Positions 41,943-53,696 of a stretch of DNA of 64,000 bases are shown here, piece by piece. The notes below the pieces were generated by a model. That model worked only from the letters and a program-made list of their open reading frames with translations, had not been told where the DNA came from and did not search any database. How positions within the stretch are numbered: position 1 is the stretch's first letter; the number at the start of each line of letters is the position of its first letter. Source of the DNA: Candidatus Eiseniibacteriota bacterium (GTDB taxonomy: Bacteria > Eisenbacteria > RBG-16-71-46); assembly GCA_044223005.1 (NCBI GenBank), contig JBGAML010000003.1, forward strand, positions 128,001-192,000. Direction: 5' to 3'. The translations under genes were made by a program, and so were the position numbers.

Positions 41943-42321
41943 GCTCGAGCAGCCGCAGGATGTCCTCGTGCGAGAGGCGGAGGAACTCGTCCGGGCGCAC
42001 CGCACGATCGTCCACGATGAAGCCGTTCGATCCCGGCCACGGCTTGCCGAAGTGCACCTCGTCGTAGGGCACCTCGTGACGGTCGAGCCACTCGAACACC
42101 GTCCTGGCCGTGTGCGCCATGATCTGCCCGAGATTGCCTTCGTACGTCCGCATGTTCCGCGCCGTGTGCAGGATCACGTAGAACCCGCGGCTCCGGTACT
42201 CCCGGAGCTTCTCGAGCATGCCGGGCCGTGGCTTCAGGTCGGCGTAGTCGACGCCGGGGGGCTTGGACTCGCAGAGGGTTCCGTCGAGGTCCAGGACGAT
42301 GACGTTCTCGCTGCGGATCAT
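41935..42321 (-). CDS. HAD-IIIC capsule biosynthesis phosphatase (BcbF/EcbF family)
   Basis: DLDGTLC, HTARNMRTYEGN.G, WL..H.VPYDE.HFGKPW, VDDRAVRPDEF. Confidence 0.9.
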   Translation of the reverse strand: MIRSENVIVLDLDGTLCESKPPGVDYADLKPRPGMLEKLREYRSRGFYVILHTARNMRTYEGNLGQIMAHTARTVFEWLDRHEVPYDEVHFGKPWPGSNGFIVDDRAVRPDEFLRLSHEDILRLLEHA

Positions 42322-42504
42322 GGTGCTCCACGCTTCGGAGAGCCGGACGATGCGTCGCGGGCCGCGCCGGCGGCGCGTGACGGGTGCGGAACCGGTGGAG
42401 AGTCGTCGCAGAGCCCTGCGACGTCAAGCGTACCGCGCGTTCGGGCTCACGGAACCGCGCGCGCGGAGCCCTCGCGCGTGCGGCCGCGAACGACGTCGCG
42501 CCGG

Positions 42505-42534
42505 TTGACCCGAGGCGTCCCGAGCCCCTAACCT
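42505..42534 (+). promoter_or_regulatory. Putative sigma70 promoter for the ugd-rfbB operon
   Basis: TTGACC-N18-TAACCT in the divergent intergenic region. Confidence 0.4.
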
Positions 42535-42632
42535 GACCGGCCGATTGTGACGTCCGCTGGGACGACGCAGTGCATGTCCGCGAGCCCGTCTCACTCCCGT
42601 GAACGGTGCCGGCGGCGAAAGGACCCTATCCC

Positions 42633-43992
<1,360 letters not shown>

Positions 43993-44000
<8 letters not shown>

Positions 44001-45060
44001 GACGGGGACGGAGAAGGAGCGTTCGCTCGACGGCCGCCGGGTCCTCGTGACCGGCGGCGCGGGCTTCATCGGCTCCAGCTTCGTCCATCGGCTGCTCGGG
44101 CGCTCGCCGGGCGCGCACGTGGTCGTGCTCGACGCCCTCACGTACGCGGGCCGGCGCGAGAACCTCGACGGAATCCCGCCGTCGCAGCTCACGTTCGTGC
44201 ACGGCGACATCCGCGACCCGCAGGCCGTCGCGCAGGCCATGGCGGGATGCGACTACGTACTGAACTTCGCGGCGGAGTCGCACGTCGACCGCTCGATCGA
44301 GACGCCGGGCGATTTCATCCAGACGGACGTCTACGGCGTGTTCGTGCTCGCCGAGGAGGCCCGCCGGCTCGGCGTGAAGCGCTTCGTCCAGGTCTCGACC
44401 GACGAAGTCTACGGCGAGGTGCTCGAGGGCCACTCGACCGAGGATTGGCCGTTGAACCCGCGCTCGCCGTACGCCGCCAGCAAGGCCGGCGGCGACCGGC
44501 TCGCCTACGCGTACTGGTGCACGTACGGCCTGCCCGTGGTCGTGACGCGCTGCTCGAACAACTACGGGCCACGCCAGTATCCCGAGAAGCTCGTGCCGCT
44601 GTTCGTCACGAACGCGCTCGACGGCGAGCCGCTGCCCGTCTACGGCACCGGCCTCAACCGCCGCGACTGGCTGCACGTGGACGACCACTGCGACGCCCTC
44701 CTCACGCTGCTCGAGTTTCCGGGCGTCGAGGGCGAGACGTTCAACATCGGTGCACAGCACGAACTCGACGTACTGACGATCACCGACACGCTGCTGCGGC
44801 TGCTCGACCGGCCGCGCACGCTCATCCGTCACGTCGAAGACCGGCCGGGACACGACCGGCGCTACGCGGTGGATTCCAGCAAGCTCACGCGCGTCACCGG
44901 CTGGCGGCCGAAGATCGGCTTCGAGGAAGGGATCACGCAGACCGTGGAGTGGTTCCGCCGGAACGAGTCGTGGTGGAGACCGATCAAGCAAGGCGAGTTC
45001 CGCGCGTACTACGAGCGCATGTATGGGCAGCGGAAGGTGCTCAAGGAGGTTCGTTCGTGA
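43993..45060 (+). CDS. rfbB: dTDP-glucose 4,6-dehydratase
   Basis: TGGAGFIG, DALTYAG, AAESHVDRSI, STDEVYG, YAASK, NNYGP.QYPEK, DRPGHDRRY. Confidence 0.96.
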
Positions 45061-46670
45061 AGTCGTTGCACCCGCGCATGCTGATGCTCGCGCTCGTGGT
45101 GACGCTCGCCGGCTCGGCCGTCGGGGCGCGCGCGCAGACCCCGATTCTCGACACGCCGAACGACGATCGCAACGACGTCACGCCGTCGGGCCTGACCCCG
45201 CGACCGACCGAACTCGACCGCGACGCGAGCCCCGCGCAACTCGCCGGGCCCGTGGATCCCCGGACCTACCGGCTCGGCCCCGGCGACCAGCTCGTGCTGG
45301 TCGTGCGCGGGGCGATCTCGCGCGACGTGCCGCTGGAGGTCGCGCCCGAAGGCTCGATCCTCGTGCCCAACGAGGGCGCGGTCCCGGCCGCCGGCCGCAT
45401 GCTCGCCGACGTTCGCGCCGACGTGCTCGCGCGGCTGCGCCGCCTCTACCGGTCGGTCGACGTGCAGCTGCTGCTGGCGCGGCCGCGCACGTTCCGGGTC
45501 TACCTCACCGGCGCGGTCAACATGCCGGGACCGGTGCTCGCGAACGGATCGTTCCGCGTCGCCGACGTGCTCGCGCCGACGCAGCTCGCCGACCGCGCCT
45601 CGCAGCGCAACATCGAGGTGATCCACACCGACGGCACGAGCGAGCGTTGCGACCTGCAGCTGTTCCTGCAGACGGGCAACGCCCGGTGGAATCCCGCGCT
45701 GCGCGACGGCGATGTCGTGCAGGTGCCGGTCGGCACGCGCTTCATCCACGCCGAGGGCGCGCTCGCCCGCCCGGGCCGCTACGAACTCGGCCAGGACGAC
45801 AGCCTCTCGACGCTCGTGCGGCTCGCCGGCGGCGTGCTTCCGTCGGCGCGGCTCGATCGCATCCTCGTGGTGCAGTTCTCCGGCTCGGCCACTCCCGAGT
45901 CGCTGTGGATGCCCGCGAGCGATGCCCTCGAGGGCATCGCGAACCCGAAGCTCGCGGATGGTTCGCGGGTCTACGTGTTCGACACGCCGCGCTACCGGCT
46001 CGTGCACCAGGTGACGGTGGTCGGCGAGGTCGGCCAGCCCGGGACGTACCCGATCGTCGAAGGCCGGACCACGCTCAGCGACCTGGTCGCGTGGGCGCAC
46101 GGCCTGCTGCCGACGGCGGATTCGAGCGCGATCCGCGTTCACCGCGCGGACAATCTCACGAGCGGCGGCAAGGATCCCGAGATGGAGCGCCTGCTCCGCC
46201 TGTCGCGGAGCGAGCTCACGTCGAGCGAGTACGAGGTGCTGCGCACACGCCTGTCCGCCATGCGCGAGGACTACAGCGTCGACTGGACCCGGAAGTCCGA
46301 GGGTGACGGGCGCGACCTGCTGCTGCGCGACAGCGACATCGTCCGCGTCGACCGGCGCACGCTCTCGGTGCGGATCGGCGGGGAAGTGCAGCACCCCGGC
46401 ATCCTGAACTTCCAGTCGGGCCTGGGCGTCGCGACGTACATCACCCAGGCGGGCGGCTACACGAATCGCGCGTGGCGCGGCAAGGTGCGGGTCACCCGCG
46501 CGGTGACCGGGCAGACGCTGCTGGCCGCCAACGTGAAGTCGCTCGACGCGGGCGACATCATCTGGGTGCCCGAGCGGCCCGACCGCACGCTGTGGGACAA
46601 CGCGAAGGAAGTGCTCGTGGCGCTGTCGCAGGTCGCCACGATCGTCATTGCCATCCGGAGCCTGAGATGA
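45057..46670 (+). CDS. SLBB-repeat polysaccharide export protein (OPX, Wza/KpsD-like)
   Basis: Signal peptide, Y.LGPGD.L, several G.V..PG.Y SLBB repeats, GD.I.VP, C-terminal amphipathic helix. Confidence 0.88.
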   Translation: MKSLHPRMLMLALVVTLAGSAVGARAQTPILDTPNDDRNDVTPSGLTPRPTELDRDASPAQLAGPVDPRTYRLGPGDQLVLVVRGAISRDVPLEVAPEGSILVPNEGAVPAAGRMLADVRADVLARLRRLYRSVDVQLLLARPRTFRVYLTGAVNMPGPVLANGSFRVADVLAPTQLADRASQRNIEVIHTDGTSERCDLQLFLQTGNARWNPALRDGDVVQVPVGTRFIHAEGALARPGRYELGQDDSLSTLVRLAGGVLPSARLDRILVVQFSGSATPESLWMPASDALEGIANPKLADGSRVYVFDTPRYRLVHQVTVVGEVGQPGTYPIVEGRTTLSDLVAWAHGLLPTADSSAIRVHRADNLTSGGKDPEMERLLRLSRSELTSSEYEVLRTRLSAMREDYSVDWTRKSEGDGRDLLLRDSDIVRVDRRTLSVRIGGEVQHPGILNFQSGLGVATYITQAGGYTNRAWRGKVRVTRAVTGQTLLAANVKSLDAGDIIWVPERPDRTLWDNAKEVLVALSQVATIVIAIRSLR

Positions 46671-47758
46671 CGCCCGAACACGACGCGAACGACGTACCCG
46701 TGGAGCAGTCGATCGACTTCGGTCGCATCTGGGACCGGATCGCATCGAAGCGGCAGGTCGTGATCCGGATGACGCTCGTGGCGACGCTCGTCATGGCCGG
46801 GATCGCGTTCCTCCTGCCCAACTGGTACCAGGGCGACGTGTCGATCATGCCCCCGAGCGAGGACATCTCGTTCGGGCTCGGCAACCTGCTCAAGGGCATC
46901 GGCGTGCCCGGCGTCAAGGTGCCCACCCAGGCGACGCCGGCCGAGGTCTTCAAGGCGATCCTCGAGAGCCGCCGGATCAACGAGCGCATCGTCGAGCGCT
47001 TCGGCCTGAAGAAGCTCTACCGCAAGAAGTACATGATCGATGCGCTGAAGGAACTCCGGCGCCACGTGAAGGTCCGCGTCGACGACGTGGGCATGATCCT
47101 GATCAGCGCGGAGGACCGGGATCCCCAGCGTGCGGCGGACCTCGCGAACGCCTACGCCGAGGAACTCGACCGCTACAACCGCGAATCGCGCATGACACGG
47201 GGTTCGCGTACGCGGGCGTTCATCGGCTCGCGCCTGGATTCGACCCGGCGCGAACTCAAGGCCGCCGAAGACCGGCTCGCGGCCTACGAGTCCGCCCACA
47301 AGACCGTGGCGCTGTCGTCGGAGTCGTCCAGTTCCGTGAACGCGGCGGCGTGGGCCTATGCGAACCGCGCGGCGCTCGGCGTGCGGCTCGGTGTCCTGCG
47401 CGACATCAGCCGCGAGACCACCGACGAAGAGCGCAGCCTGCTCGCGCAGATGGCCCAGCTCGACCGGCAGATCGAGGCAATGCCGGTGTCGGGCCTCGGG
47501 GTCGCGCGCCTGCTGCGCGACGTGAAGGTCGGCGAGCAGCTCTACCTGCTTCTCTCGGCGCAGTACGAGGACGCCCGGATCACCGAGACCCGCGACGTCG
47601 CGACGGTCGAGGTGCTGGATCGCGCCACGCGCCCCGAGAAGAAATCCCGGCCGCACCGGCTCCAGCTCGTGGCGATCGGTTTCGTGTTCGGCCTGGTCGC
47701 GAGCGTCGCCTACGCGGGCATGAACGAGCCGGCGGCCGGCACGGCCGCGCGGAGCTGA
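46667..47758 (+). CDS. Polysaccharide co-polymerase / chain-length determinant (Wzz/GumC-like, no kinase domain)
   Basis: N- and C-terminal TM helices, DP..AA..AN, coiled coil, VLD.A..P.K...P. Confidence 0.85.
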   Translation: MTPEHDANDVPVEQSIDFGRIWDRIASKRQVVIRMTLVATLVMAGIAFLLPNWYQGDVSIMPPSEDISFGLGNLLKGIGVPGVKVPTQATPAEVFKAILESRRINERIVERFGLKKLYRKKYMIDALKELRRHVKVRVDDVGMILISAEDRDPQRAADLANAYAEELDRYNRESRMTRGSRTRAFIGSRLDSTRRELKAAEDRLAAYESAHKTVALSSESSSSVNAAAWAYANRAALGVRLGVLRDISRETTDEERSLLAQMAQLDRQIEAMPVSGLGVARLLRDVKVGEQLYLLLSAQYEDARITETRDVATVEVLDRATRPEKKSRPHRLQLVAIGFVFGLVASVAYAGMNEPAAGTAARS

Positions 47759-47795
47759 TGCCGGCGCGGGTCTGCCCGCGCCGGCGGGAGAAACG

Positions 47796-49004
47796 GTGAG
47801 CCGACCGCACGCACTGGTGCTCGCTCCGCGCCTGCCGTGGCCGCTCGACGACGGCGGCCACATCGCCACCTGGCAGAGCCTCTGGGCCATTTCGCGCGAG
47901 TACGACACGACGCTCGTCGCGCTGGTGCCCGAGGCCGATGCGGCTCGCCCGCTGCCGGGAGCGTTCGCGGAGATCGGCGTCGACGTGGTGCGCGTGGGGC
48001 ACCGCCCCCCGTGGACGCCGCTCGCGCTCGCGCGAGGCACCTTCGGGCGCTGGCCCTACATGCTGGCGCGCTACCGCAACGCGACCCTCGACGCCACGCT
48101 CCGGCGCATGGTGGCGGCGCGCCGTCCGGTGCTGGTGATGGCGAACAAGCTGCACATGACCACCTACTTCGACGCGCTCGCCGGAGTGCCCGCGATGCTG
48201 CGAGCCCACGATCTCGAGCACGAGTGGCTCGAGCGCTACGCCGATCGGCTCACCAATCCCCTGGTGCGTGCATACGCGCGAGCCCAGGCCCGCCGCACGG
48301 TCCAGGCCGAGCGTGAGCTCTACGCTCGATGCCGCCTGGTGCTGCCGGTGCAGGAGCGCGAGGCCGACGCCATCCGTGCGCTCGCGCCCGGGACGCGGGT
48401 GGAGGCCTTGCCGATCGGCGTGGACCTGTCGCGCTACCGCCCGCGCGCCCCCGAGTCGCCGCCGCTGGTGACGCTCATGGGCTCGTGGGACTGGGCCCCG
48501 AACGCCGACGGGGGACGGCTCTTCCTCGAGCGCTCCTGGCCGCGGGTGCGCGCCGTCGCGCCGCAGGCGCGGCTGCGCGTCGTGGGCAAGAAGCTGCCGG
48601 TGGCGCTGGCCGACGCCGCGCGCCGCGCGGGCGGCGAGCCCGTCGGGTACGTGGAGGACATGACGCTCGAGTTCGCGCGCGCGGCGGTGATGCCCGTGCC
48701 GCTCTGGATGGGCTCCGGGATCCGCGTCAAGATCATCGAGGCGCTCGCTGCCGGTGCACCCATCGTGTCGACGCCCCTGGGAGCGGAAGGGCTCGAGCTC
48801 GAGCACGGCGTGCACGCGCTGTTCGCCGAGACTCCCGAGGCGATCGGCGATGCCGTCGGTGCGCTCGTCAACGATCCGGAGCGCGCGCGGCGCATGAGCG
48901 AGGCGGGGCGCGAACTCGCCCGCCGCACGCTGTCCCAGGAAGCGATCGGCGAGCGCATGCTCGCGGCCTGCCGTGCGGCACTCGAGGAGCGGAGGACCGC
49001 GTGA
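47796..49004 (+). CDS. Glycosyltransferase family 4
   Basis: PWP...GG, W.PN.DG, PL..GSG.RVKIIEA.A.G.P.VST..G.EG. Confidence 0.9.
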   Translation: MSRPHALVLAPRLPWPLDDGGHIATWQSLWAISREYDTTLVALVPEADAARPLPGAFAEIGVDVVRVGHRPPWTPLALARGTFGRWPYMLARYRNATLDATLRRMVAARRPVLVMANKLHMTTYFDALAGVPAMLRAHDLEHEWLERYADRLTNPLVRAYARAQARRTVQAERELYARCRLVLPVQEREADAIRALAPGTRVEALPIGVDLSRYRPRAPESPPLVTLMGSWDWAPNADGGRLFLERSWPRVRAVAPQARLRVVGKKLPVALADAARRAGGEPVGYVEDMTLEFARAAVMPVPLWMGSGIRVKIIEALAAGAPIVSTPLGAEGLELEHGVHALFAETPEAIGDAVGALVNDPERARRMSEAGRELARRTLSQEAIGERMLAACRAALEERRTA

Positions 49005-50140
49005 AGATCCTCCACCTCTACAAGGACTACTTTCCGCCGACGGTGGGCGGGATCGAGCAGAGCGTCGGCCGGTTGGCCGTCGCGGGCGCGAAGGCGGGCA
49101 ACGACGTGACCGTGCTGACCTCGAACCCGCGCTCGCCTGCGACGGTTCGCGAGAGGATCGACGGCGTGACGGTGATCCGCTGCGGCGAGTGGCTCCGGGC
49201 CCTCTCGACGCCGATCTGCCCCGGCATGGCGGGGGAGCTGTCGAAGCTCGACGCCGACGTCGTGCACCTGCACTACCCGAGCCCGACCGGCGAGGTGAGC
49301 TGGCTGCTCGCGCGGCCCCGGGCCGCGATCGTGGTGACCTACTACTGCGACATCGTGCGCCAGAAAGCCGTCCTGCCGGTCTACGGTCACGTCATTCGCG
49401 CCATGATGCGGGCCGCCGACGCGATCGTTCCCATCTACGAAGGGCAGGCGCAGTCCTCGCCCTTCGTGCGCCCGCATCTCGACAAGTGCCACGTCGCCCC
49501 GTTCGGCAGCGACCTCGAGCCGTTCGCGGCGAGCCCCGCACGCGAGCGCACGGCGGCCGCGGTGCGCTCGCGCCACGGCACGCCGCTCGTGGTCTTCGTC
49601 GGCCGGCTCGTCACCTACAAGGGCGTGGACGTGCTGCTGCGGGCGATGCCGGACGTTCGGGCCCGGCTCCTCGTCGTGGGCGGCGGTCCCGAGGAACCGC
49701 GCCTGCGCGCGCTCGCGGGACAGCTCGGCCTCGGGGATCGGGTCGCGTTCACCGGCCGGATCGACGCTGCCGATCTGCCGGGTCACATGGCGGCCGCCGA
49801 CGTCGGCGTGCTGCCGTCGGTGACTCGCGCCGAGGCGTTCGGGCTCTCGATGGTCGAGATGATGTCGTGCGGGGTGCCGATGGTGTGCACCGAAGTCGGC
49901 ACCGCCACGTCGTTCGTGAACGCGCACGGCACGACCGGCCTCGTCGTCCCTCCGGGCGACCCGGCGAAGCTCGCCGCGGCGCTCAACGAGCTGCTCGCGG
50001 ACGACGCGCGTCGAACCGCGATGGGCGCCGCCGCTCGGGAGCGCGCCCGGACGCTCTTCGGATTCGACCACGTCGAGCGCCGCATGGCGGAGATCTACGC
50101 CGCCGCGCTGGCCCGTCGGCGGAGCCGGAAGCGCGGCTGA
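49001..50140 (+). CDS. Glycosyltransferase family 4
   Basis: KDY.P...GGIE, HLHYP.P, VGRLV.YKG, PS..R.EAFG...VE.M..G.P. Confidence 0.92.
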   Translation: MKILHLYKDYFPPTVGGIEQSVGRLAVAGAKAGNDVTVLTSNPRSPATVRERIDGVTVIRCGEWLRALSTPICPGMAGELSKLDADVVHLHYPSPTGEVSWLLARPRAAIVVTYYCDIVRQKAVLPVYGHVIRAMMRAADAIVPIYEGQAQSSPFVRPHLDKCHVAPFGSDLEPFAASPARERTAAAVRSRHGTPLVVFVGRLVTYKGVDVLLRAMPDVRARLLVVGGGPEEPRLRALAGQLGLGDRVAFTGRIDAADLPGHMAAADVGVLPSVTRAEAFGLSMVEMMSCGVPMVCTEVGTATSFVNAHGTTGLVVPPGDPAKLAAALNELLADDARRTAMGAAARERARTLFGFDHVERRMAEIYAAALARRRSRKRG

Positions 50141-50250
50141 TCGCCCGTTTCGCGAACTCGCGGGAATCGCCGTGCCCCGAACGGGGTAGGAACGGTTCAC
50201 GATCATCGAGCGAAAAGCCCCGGAGATGGGAATTCGGTGCCTCCGGGGCA

Positions 50251-50280
50251 TTGACGTGGCCGTGACTCCGGGACTAGGCT
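50251..50280 (+). promoter_or_regulatory. Putative sigma70 promoter
   Basis: TTGACG-N18-TAGGCT upstream of the epimerase gene, preceded by a gccccggag/ctccggggc hairpin. Confidence 0.4.
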
Positions 50281-50389
50281 GCGGGGTCGACGAACAGGCC
50301 GCATTCCCCCGCGTCGGACCGACGGGCGGCTGCGCCGCAAACGACCTGTCATCGTTCCCCACGGACGACGCGAGCTTCGAGGAGCCCTC

Positions 50390-51388
50390 ATGAAGGTCCT
50401 GGTCACAGGAGGTGCCGGCTTCATCGGGTCACATCTTTGCGAGGAGTTGCTCAAGACCGGACACGAAGTCTGGGCCCTCGACGACCTTTCGACCGGACGG
50501 GTCGAGAACCTGCAGACGTTCGCGCGCCACCCGCGCTTCCGCTTCCTCGAAGGCAATGTGATGGATGCGCCCCTGGTCCACGGTCTCGTGGCCCAGTGCG
50601 AGCGCGTCTACCACCTCGCCGCGGCGGTCGGCGTCAAGTACGTGCTCGAGAACCCCCTGCGCTCGCTGCTCACGAACATCCGCGGCACCGAGGTGGTGCT
50701 CGAGGCGTGTTCCGAGCACGACCGGCAGGTGATGGTGACCTCGAGCAGCGAGGTCTACGGCAAGGGCGTGACGGTCCCGTTCTCCGAGGACGACGATCGC
50801 CTCATGGGCCCGACGCACAAGCTTCGCTGGTCGTACGCGGCCGGCAAGGCGGTGGACGAGTGCCTCGCGCAGGCCTACTACCAGCAGCACCAGCTGCCGG
50901 TCGTGATCGTCCGCTGCTTCAACACCTGCGGGCCGCGGCAGTCCAGCGCGTACGGCATGGTGATCCCGAACATGGTGCAGCGCGCGCTCCAGAACCAGCC
51001 GATCCTCGTGTTCGGCGATGGCAAGCAGTCGCGCTGCTTCTCCTCGGTCGCGGACGTCGTTCGCGGCTCGCTGCTGCTGATGGACTGCAACGAGGCCAAG
51101 GGCGAGGTCTTCAACGTGGGCTCGGACGAGGAGATCTCGGTGCTCGAGCTGGCGCAGAAGATCAAGCGCATGTGCCACAGCGAGTCGTCGATCGAGTTCG
51201 TGCCGTACGAGCAGGTCTACGGGCAGTCGTTCGAGGACATGCGGCGCCGGGTGCCGAACCTGGAGAAGATCCGCCGCTACACGGGCTACCGCCCGCAGGT
51301 GTCGCTCGAGCGCTTGCTGGAATCCACGATTCGCGATCACTGCGATCGCATGCGGATTCCCTGCCCGGTCGGCCTCGCGACCGCCTGA
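50390..51388 (+). CDS. NAD-dependent nucleotide-sugar epimerase/dehydratase
   Basis: TGGAGFIGSHL, HLAAAVGV, SSSEVYGK, RWSYA..K, YGMVIP, GDG.QSRCF, FEDMRRRVP. Confidence 0.92.
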   Translation: MKVLVTGGAGFIGSHLCEELLKTGHEVWALDDLSTGRVENLQTFARHPRFRFLEGNVMDAPLVHGLVAQCERVYHLAAAVGVKYVLENPLRSLLTNIRGTEVVLEACSEHDRQVMVTSSSEVYGKGVTVPFSEDDDRLMGPTHKLRWSYAAGKAVDECLAQAYYQQHQLPVVIVRCFNTCGPRQSSAYGMVIPNMVQRALQNQPILVFGDGKQSRCFSSVADVVRGSLLLMDCNEAKGEVFNVGSDEEISVLELAQKIKRMCHSESSIEFVPYEQVYGQSFEDMRRRVPNLEKIRRYTGYRPQVSLERLLESTIRDHCDRMRIPCPVGLATA

Positions 51389-51413
51389 TCCGCCGCGTCC
51401 CCGGAGCCGCACG

Positions 51414-52436
51414 GTGCCCCTGGCCGCTTTCCTGATCGCCGCGGTGGCGACGTTCGTGCTCGTGCCGCTGGCGGTGAAGCTGGCGTGGGCGACGGGCTAC
51501 CTGGACCACCCGGAAGCGCGCAAGCTCCACACCTCGGCCACGGCATTGCTGGGCGGCCCCACGGTGTTCGTGTGCGCGCTCGCGGCGTGGGCCGTGTCGC
51601 TGCGGCTCGCACCGCACGCGCCGATGGACATGGATGCGATCGACCTGCTGCTCGGCGCGGCGATCGCGCTCGCGATCGGCCTCTGGGACGATCGCTTCGG
51701 CATGCGGCCGTCGGTCAAGATGCTCGGGCAGGCCGTGGCCGCGACGATCCTGCTCGCGGGCGGCGCGGTGCCGCACGTCGGGCTGCCCGCGGGGATCGCG
51801 GGCGCGCTCGCACTGATCGCGCTGATCGCGCTCATGAACGCGGTCAACTTCCTCGACAACATGAACGGCATGGTGAGCGGGCTCACGTCCATCGCGCTCG
51901 CCGGCTTCGCGTGGACCTCCGCCGCTCGCGGCGCCACGGGCATCGCCGCGGCGCAGCTGGCGCTCGCCGGCGCGTGCGCGGGTTTCCTGCCGCACAACTT
52001 TCCGAAGGCGCGCATCTTCCTCGGCGACGCCGGCAGCCTGCTGCTCGGCTACTGCCTCGGCGCTTCGGCGCTGCTCGCGATCAACGGCGCGTCGCCGGGC
52101 TGGGGGCAGGTGGGCCCGGTGCTGGTGCTCTTCTATCCCGCCTTCGACATGCTGTTCGTGGTGATCACCCGCCTGCGCGAGGGCCGGCACGTCTACCAGG
52201 GCGGCAAGGACCACACGAACCACCGCCTCGCGACGCTCGTCGGCAGCCCGGTGCGCACCGTGCCGCTCATCTGGCTGGGCGGCGCGGCGCTCTGCGCGTG
52301 CGGCCTGTGGGTGACGTGGCAGGGGCACGGCGCCGTGGCGCTGGCGCTGGTGGCCGGCTGGGCCGTCGCCCTCGCCGCGGCCGGGGTCCGGCTGGCCGCG
52401 GTCCCGGTCGAACGGAAGGCCCCGCAGGCCTCCTGA
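51414..52436 (+). CDS. WecA/TagO (MraY-like) undecaprenyl-phosphate sugar-1-phosphate transferase
   Basis: D.P..RKLH, GLWDD, NAVNFLDNMNG, NFP.ARIFLGDAGS, DH..HRL. Confidence 0.93.
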   Translation: MPLAAFLIAAVATFVLVPLAVKLAWATGYLDHPEARKLHTSATALLGGPTVFVCALAAWAVSLRLAPHAPMDMDAIDLLLGAAIALAIGLWDDRFGMRPSVKMLGQAVAATILLAGGAVPHVGLPAGIAGALALIALIALMNAVNFLDNMNGMVSGLTSIALAGFAWTSAARGATGIAAAQLALAGACAGFLPHNFPKARIFLGDAGSLLLGYCLGASALLAINGASPGWGQVGPVLVLFYPAFDMLFVVITRLREGRHVYQGGKDHTNHRLATLVGSPVRTVPLIWLGGAALCACGLWVTWQGHGAVALALVAGWAVALAAAGVRLAAVPVERKAPQAS

Positions 52437-52658
52437 GGCCGTCCCGGGCGCCCCGCTGCGCAGGACGGGGGGCCTGCACTGCGGTGGCCCCATGCGGTAT
52501 AGTCCCGCCCGCGTCCGTTCGCCCGCCCGGCGGGCCGGATGCCCTCCGGCGCCCACGCGGGTCGTATGCGCGGAGGAGTTCGCCCGCGGGATGACGTGCG
52601 CCGAGCGCGCCGCGACCGCCGGGGCGTCGCACCACTCCAACCGAACCGGTGAGCGAGA

Positions 52659-53123
52659 ATGTCCGAGAACACGAACGCGTCCGAGGCCCAGTGGGGCCGC
52701 CGTCTCAAGCGCAAGATCAAGTACGCCGCCCCGCAGGCCGCAGCCGCTGACGCGCTGCCCGTCGGGCCCGTCGACGACGCGGCCGCGCTCGCCAACGCCG
52801 CGACGATCGTACACGCCGAGCGCCCCGCAGCCGCGCCCGCCCCGGCCCGCGCGCCGCGCGTACGCCGCGAACCGGACGACGGCGATTTCCGGCTCCGCGA
52901 CCTCGTCGGCCACATGGCCAAGGGCCTCGTCGACCATCCCGACGACGTCGTGGTCGAGATCCTGTCGGCCGGCGACGACGGCGTGCTGGAACTGCACGTG
53001 AACCCGGACGATCTCGGCCACGTGATCGGCAAGCAGGGCCGCACGGCGCGCTCGCTGCGCCTGACGCTCGGCGCATCGGCCGCGCGCCTCGACCGCCGCG
53101 TCACGCTGGAGATCGCGGACTGA
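52659..53123 (+). CDS. khpA: KH-domain RNA-binding protein KhpA with N-terminal extension
   Basis: LVDHPDDV, L.V...DLG.VIGKQGRTARSLR; lies immediately upstream of rimM. Confidence 0.88.
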   Translation: MSENTNASEAQWGRRLKRKIKYAAPQAAAADALPVGPVDDAAALANAATIVHAERPAAAPAPARAPRVRREPDDGDFRLRDLVGHMAKGLVDHPDDVVVEILSAGDDGVLELHVNPDDLGHVIGKQGRTARSLRLTLGASAARLDRRVTLEIAD

Positions 53124-53180
53124 TCCCGTACGCCCCGGCGCGCCGCGCGAGCGGCGCGCGCGTGCGGTAGGCTGCGCGCG

Positions 53181-53696
53181 ATGCCTCTCGTCTTCCTCGG
53201 CCGGATCGGCCGACCGCACGGCGTGGCGGGCGAGCTGTACGTGGACCAGCTCTCCCTGTCGGCCGAAGAGCTGCTCGAGTTGCGCCGGATGGAATGGCGC
53301 GGCCGCGGCGACGACCGTCGCACGCTGCACGTCAAGTCCGCGCGCGCGACGCACGACCGCATGCTCGTCCACTTCGCCGGCGTCCCCGACCGCGATGCCG
53401 CAGCCGAACTGGTGAACGGCGAGCTCTGGGTGGAATCCGAACGCATGCCCGATCCGGGCCCCGGCGTCGTGTACGTCTACCAGCTGGTCGGGCTCACGGT
53501 GGTGGACCAGGACGGCCAGACGCTCGGCGTGCTTCGCGACGTCACCACGACCACGGCGCAGCCGCTCTACGTGGTCGAGCGCGACGGCAAGGAACATCTC
53601 TACCCGGGCTTCACTCCGTTCGTGAAGAACGTCGATCTCGCGGCACGCGTGATCACCATGGAGCTGCCGCCGGGGTTCGAGGACCTGCCCTCGTGA
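53181..53696 (+). CDS. rimM: Ribosome maturation factor RimM
   Basis: GRIGRPHGV.GE, DRD.A..L, Y.YQLVG..V, FV..VDL, I.M.LP.G. Confidence 0.93.
   Translation: MPLVFLGRIGRPHGVAGELYVDQLSLSAEELLELRRMEWRGRGDDRRTLHVKSARATHDRMLVHFAGVPDRDAAAELVNGELWVESERMPDPGPGVVYVYQLVGLTVVDQDGQTLGVLRDVTTTTAQPLYVVERDGKEHLYPGFTPFVKNVDLAARVITMELPPGFEDLPS

Noticed and set aside
52437..52658. Hidden or pseudogenised rpsP upstream of khpA
   Set aside because: No S16-like motif was seen in the translations of this gap.
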